This document shows positions 24,701 through 36,700 of a stretch of 64,000 nt of DNA, piece by piece (position 1 is the stretch's first letter; each line of letters begins with the position of its first letter). The stretch comes from Tubulanus polymorphus. Taxonomy: Eukaryota > Animalia > Nemertea. The position numbers and the translations under genes are program-made. The notes below the pieces were generated by a model, which worked only from the letters and a program-made list of their open reading frames with translations, ran no database searches and had not been told where the DNA came from. The DNA is taken from contig NC_134034.1 in NCBI RefSeq assembly GCF_964204645.1, positions 11,296,962-11,360,961 of the forward strand, read 5' to 3'.

Positions 24701-27700
24701 CGAATCGTATAAGAACTTCGACTGATATAAATCGGCAGGGATTATCGACGGATTATCTCGTTAATCCGGCTATCGGCGTGGCGTAACATGGAAATTAATC
24801 CGTTGTTGACGTGTCGGTATGATTGAGCGATTTGTTATGTGATGCACGCGTTTATGATAATGAATAAGTGTTTAAAGAGAACCGTTTAGAAATAGCACAC
24901 ATTAGACTGGCTACTGTCGGCTGGAACCCCTATAAGTATGTAGCCAGCAACCAGTACTTTTCATATTTTCTTATATTCTCTCAATTTTTCTACTGTCAAT
25001 GTATTTGAATATCAATATCGCCATGGCTTGACCTTCTATCGATATAAATTGTCTTTTTGATGTTGCCATTGATGTACATCGTACCTAAGCAAACCTGCAA
25101 TATTATTCCATTTTGTAAAATGAAATACTATCAAAAACCGCTAGTTGGCCTAGAACAGTTGTAATATCAATAGAATAGATGTGACACGCAAGGTAATCTA
25201 ACTAGAATGTCTGGACTGCCACCTAGCGGGCTAGAATTGTTGAATTTAGATCCCCTAACATCGGCCCTATGGGAATCGCGTCTAGAGCCTTCCTAACATC
25301 GGTCATGGAGCCCGAACATAACAACCCTCGACTCAGATGTTTTATCCAGTCACCAGCCATGCGCGATAATATCCAATCATGAATCACGAGTAATTTCCAA
25401 TACATCGGGAAATTCATTTTTTGCTTCAATTTCGTCCCGATGTAACAACTATCTTTCAAACATCTAAGAGATATCAGTCGATGACGTCATATTATCTCCG
25501 GTCTAGACAGAAATTTTAAATGTTGACACCTCGTATCAGTGGATAGAGAGAGCGGGAGAGAGACAGAGACGGAGAGAGAGGGAGGGGAGAGAGACGGATA
25601 TATAGAGAGGGAGGGGGAGACAGATAAAAGCTGTTTGATTTATATCGTTTGCGTGGAATCTGCACTTGTCATTTCATCAACCAAAAGAAGTTCCATTTTA
25701 TAGAAAATGTAAACAAATTCTATTTTTTTTATGATACCACGTGCCTGACACCTTCCAGCTCATTGCCTCCATCTCCAACACCTTCCAACTCATCACCTCC
25801 ATCTCTAACACCTTCCGACTCATCGCCTCCCTCTACAACTTCCCCCAACAAGCCCCTCCCTTATCCAATACCTCATTGCCTTCCTCTCCAACACCCCCTT
25901 ACTAAAGGTATCTACATAAGACTGGTTAACTTCTTGGTGATTTGTGTCATTCCCAATTACTCTATTTTGCCATTGTTTCTATCTTTATATAAATGTAGTA
26001 TATTGGACTTTGTCTTTCGCGGTTTTTTTTTCATGAAATTTGAATTTCAAAATCAACGTTTACGTTTATAGTATCAACCGTTCATACGACCGTTTAGACC
26101 TCTCATGCCACACTCTCACCTTCTCCGCTCGAGGCACTTGACATAATTTGTCAGTTGTCAATATTCGTTCGAATCAAGAGATTGAACCGCATTTACTATA
26201 AACCTTTAGGCTGGTGTGAATTTCACCGTGAGAAACTGTTAAATTCATTACAGAGTCTAATGTCGTCTGGACTGAATGGCGGGGGGGGGGGGTAGATAGA
26301 TAACCATTGGTGAAGGAGAAATTCCGAAATGTTTCCTTGAGCTGCTGCAGTTTATTCGATGTTTCAACCATATCCGAAATAGTGACCTTCGGGTATTCAG
26401 TACTCTGGCGGATCCGGTTCCACAGTTGTGAGTTGGAGTTAAAGTTAACTCCGAGTTGAAATTAGATCATTTTGCAATGAGTTTGAGTTAGATCTTTTTA
26501 ACTAGCATGGATCCTGCAAAGATGACTATTAGAATATAGTTGAAACGTTGAATAAACTACACTAGCTCAAGGAATACAGTATTCCTGAAGATGACTATTA
26601 GAATATAGTCGAAACGTTGAATAAACTACACTAGCTCAATGAATACAGTATTCCTGAAGATGACTATTAGAATATAGTCGAAACGTTGAATAAACTACAC
26701 TAGCTCAATGAATACAGTATTCCTGAAGATGACTATTAGAATATAGTCGAAACGTTGAATAAACTACACTAGCTCAATGAATACAGTATTCCTGAAGATG
26801 ACTATTAGAATATAGTCGAAACGTTGAATAAACTACACTAGCTCAAGGAATACAGTATTCCTGAAGATGGCTATTAGGATATAGTTGAAACATTGAATAA
26901 ACTACACTAGCTCAAGGAATACAGTATTCCTGAAGATGACTATTAGGATAAAGTCGAAACGTTGAATAAACTACACTAGCTCAAGGAATACAGTATTCCT
27001 GAAGATAGAATATAGTTGAAATGTTGAATAAACTACACTAGCTCAAGGAATACAGTATTCCTGAAGATGTCTATTACGATTAAGTTGAAACGGCGAATAA
27101 ACTACTATAAGTTTTAGGAAACTAGAAGGGCTTTAAAAAGATTTTATTGCGTGATTTCTTATATAACGTGTCGAGTTTGAGTTAGAGATCTTTTAACTAG
27201 CATGGATCCTGCGAATATGACTATTAGGTTGTAGTGGAAACGTTGAATAAACTAAACTAGCTCAAAGAATACAGTATTCCTGAAGATGACTATTAGAATG
27301 TAGGCGAAATGTTGAATAAACTAAACTAGCTCAAAGAATACAGTATTCGTGAAGATGACTATTAGGATATAGTCGAAACGTTGAATAAACTACTGGCTCA
27401 AGGAAAATTATCGGATAACTCGTTCCCCATTTTCCTGACTTTGCCTATGATGATATTTTACTGTGCCATTTGCACGGGTTCGTTCGGGTTAAGATCGTGA
27501 CATATCGCACAGCGCTTTACTCTACTAAATCTCCACTTTTCCGTGATTCGGTCGCCTGTGGTTCTCGGTACGGTTGTCCGCAGGAGTCCGGCTATTAAGT
27601 ACGTGTTGGAATTTGAACCTTATTTTATCGACGTTCGAACAGGCGAATTACTGTAGCAATTCTTAATCTAAACAAGATATGAACGAGGACGAACATGACA

Positions 27701-30700
27701 GGAAAACTGGTAAGAGATTAGCCATTAGAATGCGTGTATCAAGAAAGGTCCGGAAATTCTTTTCCATCTCAACAAATCTCTTATTGCAATATTCAACATC
27801 CTTCGTGTTTTGATATTGTCCATGTTATTCGTTTGGTTGGTGAACTTCGTTTGATTTTTTTCTTTTTGATTGAGTGTCCCTTACAAACCAACGACACCTG
27901 TCGGGAGCGATATAGGGGTTTGATTTTGAAATCGGAAGTACAGAGATAGGTTGCGTGATCGGCGGTCTAAATAACACATAATACGCGGTTTTTAGCAATG
28001 TGATGTAAGTCAAATTATCTCGCCTAATTGACACGTATGACACCAGACCCTCCAAGACTAGAAGTTAAGCTTACTCGGAGGTTAAGGGTAAAATAAAAGT
28101 AAATAGAATATTTTGCTGCTTAAGTACGAGAAAGTACGAATAACATGTATACAGTGAAAATCAGGGAAAAAGAATCATCGACTTTTTTGTACTTTCTGAA
28201 ACGTTCGATAATTTTCGTGGAAACCCGAATACTTCCGATCGTACGCGGCGAATGAGGAGCAGAACGTGCTCTGATTTTCACGGAAATCGCGGTCGTTCTT
28301 TCGACCTGGTTCACCCCGCTTTTTACGACGTTTCATTGCCGACCATTTTCCGTTTTGTCCAACGTTTCGGTTTTATGCTCATGTTTTTTTTTTACCGTCC
28401 ACCGGAGAAATGGCGGGAATAACACAGTGGCGCAGACGACGCGGGAATTTCACGATTAATAGTTATCAATACTGACAATGCTTTTAGTATTCTATTGTTT
28501 GGGAGTTTTATGGTTGTTTTCCATTGACACACGCAGTTGACACGTCTGGCGGTTTTTCTTTTCATTCGTCTAAAGAAGGGCTGTAGTTTTTTTTCGTCGC
28601 CGATGCGGGGCCATGTCGCTCGAAAGCAAGTTGAAATCAACAAGAAGACTATATGAGATAGGGATATTTGAAACTTCTGCATTGTTAATGGTGTAGTGTT
28701 TATCCCACGGTTTACTCAAGGGTGCGGTGAGGGGGTGGGGGCGAACCAATACCATTAGAGGCACTATATAATGAATTCTAGATCATTAAGGAATTTAGTT
28801 CATCGAAGGAGGGCATATCCCAACTTCACCGAGTTGCATCATCATTAGTGTTTGATGTTACCACGGTTGGGTACACTAGAATCGCGTGGAGCGACGTGGA
28901 TCACTGTGCATTTATACAACCATTGCCAGGACTGGGTGAAATCTCAACAAACTTCGACGTTTCAGTGTCTAGTTTTGTGATTTCTAGTTTTGTGATTTCG
29001 TTGTGATCTGCTGAACGGCGTGTGTTTTGCTGGTGTGGTACCGTGCGAGACGCAAAATACCGCGTACCACAGCGATACAACGCCTTACGTCGCGCTCGCT
29101 ACCAATAAATCTAGTTATCGAATCGGGCTAGCTGCCCGTGGGCCTTCTTTACTACACTCGCGTCATCGCGTGCGCGCGCACAACGCGGTTCAAATATCGA
29201 TCTAATTTCTATCCGCCGATCGCTCGAATGACACGTGATAGTTTCGGTGAGTTTTATAGATATATGGAAGGTTAATGGTATCGGTAACGAGCATCTCGTA
29301 TCCTGTCGTATTCTGCATCGATGTAAGATTAGCCTCTCGACTTTCGATGGAACCATCACCAATGTTTCTCATTGAATTGACGATGTATTTAGTGTAGTAC
29401 GACTGTCCTTTACACGTACGGGACTAGCAACTTCGGAAAATGACCCACGAAACGACATCGCCTGTTTGGAAGATTGTTTGAATGAACAGCAACAAAAATT
29501 ATTTGTACTTCGATTTAAACAATAAATCTGTAAACAATCTGTAAACTCGACCGCTGATCGCAAAACTATATCTGTACTTCGATTCCCGATTTCAAAATCA
29601 AACCCCCTGTTTCGCTCCCGGCAGGTGTGGTGAGTTTGCAAGGGACACGTGATCAAAATAAATGAAATGAAATCTACCAATTAAATCGATAACAGGGTCA
29701 ACCCCTATTTTAGATTTTGAAGAATGGTTGGAAGAGAAGTGACTTGGACATGGGTTTTTGGCGAATTCCCTCCCCTTACCTAATTGAATGGGGGTTCATG
29801 GTGAACCCGGGTTGAGCAACGAGTAGAACAGATATGTGGGTTAGGGTACGTTTAGGCGTACGGGTCTTGCGTATAGTAACGCATGCACGACCCACATTCC
29901 AGGACTGGGTGAAGGGTTCTCGATGAACGCGCAATTAGACATCATTCACACGTGTCGTGGGACGGTTCTTTGTGAACCCGGTCATTTCTGATACGCTCCC
30001 GTCACATCTCAACAGACGAGCGTACACAGTCATCGTCCGGACTGGGAAACTAAACTGAATCCCATTACTGATGATATATGTGCCGTTTGAATTCTTCCCT
30101 TCTCTAGAGATCGGCGCAATCATCCCACATTCCTTATTTCTGCAGACGAAAAGAAAAAACGAAGGAATTTCCGTCTTCTTTCTCTTCTCGCAATCGAGAC
30201 GAGAGAAGTAATGATCGGCTGCTAAACGGAGACGAGCAGCAGCGCCTTTTCCAGCCGAGATCGACCGCGTGGTGTCGTCAGCTCCACACGCGAATAACCG
30301 CAACAGAACCGCGCGCTCGGCGCTGCATCAATTCGCGAAATTGCCTCATTCAAACCATTAACGCGATTTTCCTATTGACAACGTTATGAAATTTACTGGT
30401 CTCCAATAGCGGGATCAATAACCGTATTGCGCTTGAATTTAGAAGGCCGTCGGTTCGTTTGACGATGTCGGTAATTCGTCGAGTTTACCGCGGAATAAAA
30501 ACTCCAAATGGATAAAGTTTCGAAACGAGATTTTCGCCGCGGCGTCCAAAATGTTGATTCGTTTTTCGTAAATAGAGTGAGAGGGGAGAGGGCGACGGGA
30601 TGAAAAGAAAGTGAGACTATGGGGGGACGCGGAAGATGGACGAAAAATTGGGCTGAGAGAGGGAGGAGAGCGAGAAGGAGGAGGGGAGGGAAAGGCAGAG

Positions 30701-33700
30701 GTGAGTAAGAGCAGGGAAGGAGGCCATTGTGAAAGCGGACGGAAAATAGGGCTGAGAGAGAGAAAGAGAGAGGAGAGAGTGGAGAGAGTGGGAAAGAGGG
30801 GGAGAGAGAAAGGCAGAGGCGAGACATCGCTTGTTATGGTAGAGAGGGAGGCCATTTCGGAAAGTCGTTATCCATTGGAATTCCTTTAGCAGCAAGCGAA
30901 AAGAACTACTTTAATAGATGAAGTCGTTTAAAACCGCCATTTTCCGATAGGGTTTATCGCAATATGTAGTTCTACTTTGACCGGCGACGTGATGAGCCTG
31001 TGAAATGTCCGTATTGAATATCATCAACGTTATATTTGCTCGATTAATTCAGCAGGCAATTCAAGCGAAATCGACTTCTCATTGAAGTTCACTTCACCTG
31101 ATTGTGAACGAGAGTGAAAGAGTCGACGCTTTGAACATTCCGAGATCGAGCACGTGTTTTTATTTATCAAGGACGTCGTTTTTCTCAAGGCCGCGCGGAA
31201 CCGCAACAAACGCTGCGAGCGACACAAATAGAACTTAACTTAATATCGCCGAGATCTGACGCGAAAGTTCGATTCGGTAGTTTTTACCGTCGAGAAGTCG
31301 ACGCGGAACAATTTAAGATGTAAATTACCCGCGATGACCTTATCGCCGACCCGGCATGCATATCGCGCGCGCGTTCACACAACCGGAAGCTGTCTTAGCA
31401 ACTGCCTGAATTAATTCAAAATCTTAATTACACCGGTAGTAATTACCGAGGCAATTAAAAACCTGGCCGCTGAATGTGACGGCTTTGATTTGAAACGAGT
31501 GTCGTATGCAGTCAGCGAGCGCCCCCTAGTGAGTGCTGCCCCCTACGTGACTCACTGACAGTTGCAGAGAACGAAGTGCCCGACACAGAGCGACCCCTAG
31601 TGGTATCGCATTTACTCCGAGTGCCCCCAGTAGTAGTGCATTAATATTAAGGACCTCCTGGTGGAATCAATGACATTCAGTGCCCCCTGGTGGAATCGAT
31701 GACATACAGTGCCCCCTGGTGGCATCGATGACGTACAGTGCCCCCTGGTGGAATCGATGACATACAGTGCCCCCTGGTGGCATCGATGACATACAGTGCC
31801 CCCTGGTGGAATCAATGACATACAGTGCCCCCTGGCGGAATCAATGACATACAGTGCCCCCTGGTGGAATCAATGGCATACAGTGCCCCCTGGCGGAATC
31901 AATGACATACAGCGGGTAAGAATAGAATAGGACGATAGATTCGTATACTGCCTTGTAAATAGAAGAACTAGAATAGGCTCTGCCGAAACAGGTGATGTTT
32001 GAAATTTCTTGAGCTGTTATTTGAATCCTAGGAGAGAGACAATATCGAGACGGTGTTAGGGTAGGGAATTTGGATAACGGTACCCTCTACGATCGATTTT
32101 TCCTGGTCTATCCGCGCAGGCCTAGTTTCAGAGACAACGGTCTAGATCTCATGAGTCTTTATTTGAAGCCGTCGAATTTGAATCGCATTGGAACCAGCGC
32201 GATTACTCAACATCAACCTGTGACAGCGCTGTCTGACAGGTTGGAGAGATTCAAATCGAAACGGCCAATAAAACCACCGGTGAACGAACCAACCAGCAAT
32301 CAGTGAGAGTAGTTCTAATTGCTGCGGCTAATGACGTGTGCGCTGAAATCGTCTGCGTGTATCCGTAAACGTCAATCAAACTGACAACGTAATAACCGTT
32401 ACGTTGAAGATATCACGATTGTTCAGAATAGGGGACTATTTGTGCGGCGGAGTGACGGATGAGTGATCCGGTTTTTATGCGGTTTAGATCTAATTCATTC
32501 ACGCACGTAGAGAACGTATTAATCGTGTGTTCGGGCGCTTATATTTGAGATTACTGCGCCATCGAATTAGCGACGTTTTGATACGTCATGACGTCAACAG
32601 CGTTAAACGTGCACAGTACGCTGTTTGTTTGAAACGTACGTATTATCTGGAAATAAACATACGTGCGAAGTTCAGGAACTCTTTTTTCTAGTCTCTAGTA
32701 GACCAGTTTAAAATGGCTACTTTTTCCAATCGTACTCCAGAACCTCTCTCGTCGAAGCTGTGAGAGGGTTCACTAAAAACCCATGTATCTGTGTGAGAAG
32801 AGGGGTTCACCAAAGAACCCATGCCATCTGTTCTCGCTGCTCCCCCGTGAGTGGAAGTTTTTAACCAAGAGTTCTTCAAATTTCATAATAAAACAGTCAA
32901 TTGTCAGTACATTTCATCGTTTACCGGTTCACTGAAGCACTTAACAACCATCACCTTCGCAAACCACGGGTCTCGCCGTCGATGACGTCATTCGGTGTGA
33001 CCATGACCGCGCGGAGACGTGACAAGGATCGTCTGCTCGACTGCAGGCGGCGCGGACGTTGATCAAATAAAAACGGCGGTCACGAAATGATTAAACCGAG
33101 TTTGATTGCCTGGCTGAGAGGCAACCACGCGATAATGGACTTGTTTCAGGTGCCCTGTACAAGTTCTCTACCGCGCTAGGAGAACAATCAAATTAATATC
33201 CAATCGCGCGGGAATCAGTCAGCGCCGATTGACTTCTCAAAAACAAGGCCACGCTGTTGAATATATGTGTTAGCGGTAGACCGGGGCTTACCTCGATCGG
33301 CTGACTGTACGCGCGTGGCTCGTTAACGAACTGAATTTATTTCTCCTCGTTCTCGACGCTGCTCTACGGAAGAGACATGAAGAAAATATCAGTCTGGCAA
33401 TTTGTTCTGTATCAAGATCAGATAACCGCCGAGAAATGGGAAGCAGTCAATTCATCATGGACGATGTTTATCTGACTTTAACCCTGACACGATTATATAG
33501 AATCCGTCGAAAACCTATTCTTAGTCCAACTGGTCCGATGGTCTCTTACGTCAAGATTAGTTGATTCCGTAACTCTACGCGGAACTGGGTTCTGGAGTCG
33601 GTGTCAAAACATGCTTTGTAAAATGAATTGCAACGATATAATCAGGTCGATTGATTTTTTTGTACCGAATTTCGACACTTAAATCTAATTCATCTATCAA

Positions 33701-36700
33701 TAAGGTAACAAAAGATGGATGTGTGTAAATATGTACTGTTTGTCTAACATAATTTAAAGACATCCACAGGTCTAAGGGCTGTGAGAAAGGGGGATTCCCT
33801 GGAAAGGTAGACATATCGATGCTTTATGTGCGGACTGTAAATTTTTGTCTCTGCCTTTATAACTGTATCACTATAAGACATCCGTAAAGTGTTTATTTAA
33901 TACAGCTTTAAGTAATGTTGCCTCAATCACGCTAAAAGATTGATTGGTTCGTTTTGTTTTCGCAGAACACGATAATACACACATTAAGATTTCTTCCACA
34001 AAATATCAATGAAATATGATATTGAAATGCATGAAATGAAATGAAATTATATCATATTCATTATATCATTTGTAAAAACTGGCGATAAAGCTGTCAGCTT
34101 AAAGTAATGATAAACATGCTCGTAATACTGAGTACGGAGCGACATTCTTTTTGATATTTCGCAATCGATTTTCAGATGATTAAAAACGCATTTAATCGTT
34201 GTATATTTTCAGATAGGAGACAGTTGTATTGTAACAGTACGGATGACTCGTTGTCGTGTTGGCCGACGACGGTTGCCGGGACCCTGGCGTCGATTCCCTG
34301 CCCTCGATTCATCGAAGGGATTCCCTATAACACTTCCAGTAAGTTTGAGCCGAATCGGAAAATGGAAAATACCCAAACGTATTCGATGGTTTCGCACGAA
34401 GCCCTGAGAATATTTTGCTATGATAAGATATGATCCATTTTTCGTATATAGAGTTTTTACTGAAATAATGAATATGCAACAGATAAAGTAATATTATTCA
34501 AGGAAAGACTTTTCATTTGACTTTTTTTCAAAGTTCCACCAGTACGTAATTCGCTTTAGAAATGAGTAGATTTTAGAAAATAGAATGTTTTTTTTATTAA
34601 CCAGAGAACGTAACGAAATGGTGTTTGCCGACTGGTCGCTGGGAGAGGTTGGCCAACTATTCTCAATGTGAACCGCTACAGAATATAGACGAAATCTCAG
34701 AAATAGCCGTACGTATTTCTAAACACTTCGTTAACCAGCTATCCCACCAGATGGCGCAACGAGCACTCGGTCTTGCGTTGTGAAAATTAGTTCATCATTT
34801 TTCAATGAACTTTCAACTGAATATTTAGACTCCCGAATCAATGCATTTTCAAAGCACCTACTAAATGTACAATAAATTCATTCTTCTACTCGGATATCGG
34901 TGCTGTTTTTTGATTTATTTGAAATAAACTTCTTTCAATCGTAATCGAAATGTAGTACGATAAATTGAATGCGGAAGACCGAGTAACTACTAGCGACACC
35001 AGGCGGATCCTCCCCTGCCATAAGTGGAATCCTCGATTGCCACAGTAGCTATGCGGGTACCCCATTAGTGGACAAACAATTACTACAGTTTAATCTAAGA
35101 ATGCTTTTATATAAATTATCATATTTGAACTGAAAGATATGCATTTATCAATATCATGATATCTAAAAACTAGAGAATCTAATCACGTAATGAACAATCG
35201 CACAATATTGATGGTATTAAAAGCTAATCTTGCCGTCAGTTTTGACTGGATTTATCTAAATCCCTCTTGGTACAAACAGTATATGGCAGTTTCTCGATGG
35301 AAATGGAATTTAGATAAATTCGGTCGAATATATACCCAGATGACTTGTTGGGCGATTAAATGAAAAGTCGATCGAATACCCTAGTCAAATACCATCCAAT
35401 AACGGGATTATTCATTATCCTCTACACTGAGATCTGTCAATTTAGTTATGTGTGTTATTTTTAGGATGGCGAAACCGAAAAGAATATCGTGGTGACTATT
35501 TACTTCGTCGGATTTGGTATCTCTTTATTAGCGCTGTGCGTGGCGTTGAGCATATTCCTGCATTTCAGGTAAGACGCGCGGTACCAAATGGCGACCACCA
35601 GCTATTCTATCTCAATCTAAATACACGTTGTGTTTTAAAAAGACCCACAGATTTATTCCTCTTTCTTTTTCGCAGGAGTTTACGGTGCATTCGTAATAAA
35701 GTCCATTGTCACTTGATCGCGACGTTTATTTTGAGAACGGTGGCTTGGATCATGTTGACGTCGATTATGGGCACGAGCGCCCGAGAGACCGCTCCGTGGG
35801 TACGTATCTAACCGACTACCTGTTGAAGAACAGGACTTCCCGTTTCAGGAAATAGTAACTTCCTTAATTGATATTAAACAGAAATATAAGCCTTTAATCT
35901 CGATCGATAGAACACTATATCCGTGTTGACGCGATGTAGAAAGAATCCCACAATGATAAGAAAAAGTCCGAAAATGTAATTTCGAGACGTTTCGACTATA
36001 TCCTAATAGTCATTATTCCTAATGACTATTAGGATATAGTCGAAACGTTGAAATAAACTACTATCTCGAAGTTACATTATCGGACTTTTTCTTATCATTG
36101 TGGGATTCTTTCTACAAGCCTTTAATCTATTAAGTCTTCAGGCATCATTCAGTGCAACTGGCAATTCTTATGATACCCTTTATTTGGCGGGGTTGCCAAA
36201 TTCATATTTCTCTCAACAAGGGCAAACAACCCCTAGAAACCTAGAGATGGGAAAGTGTCGGGATGGTCTATCGAATAAAAACTTTTTTCGTTAATCATTT
36301 CGATTATTTATTTTCAGTGGCTATGCACGATTCTGACGGTCATTCACAACTACCTTCAAATGACGAACTTCTTCTGGATGTTCGTCGAAGGGTTGTATCT
36401 ACATACGATCATAGTCTGGGCGTACTCCGCCGAGAAAATCCGTTTTTGGCATTATGCAATGATCGGATGGTGTAAGTATTATTTCTTTTACTACTTGAAT
36501 ATTCGGCAGTAGAAATCCCTCATTTCGGATTCCTCGGCGACTCCGAGACTAAAAATCGAAATTCAAATTTGTAACGGTCGGAATAGTTCGTTAGGGAGTA
36601 TGCGCACGCACACGCGTCGTTTCGTGACGTTTAAACAAGTTTTCGATGTTAATTTCACCGTGAAACAAGAGATAAAAACGTCGCCGCAGCAGCCTGGCGA

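Noticed and set aside
26510-27405. CRISPR-like appearance of this and other tandem arrays
   Set aside because: Units are contiguous with no unique spacers, there are no cas genes, and the DNA is eukaryotic.
34168-34212. Upstream TTTTCAG acceptor (34175) and ATG 34176 as an alternative start of GPCR exon 2
   Set aside because: Splicing exon 1 to it gives an immediate TAA. Starting at the ATG would lack a signal peptide and the first ectodomain Cys.
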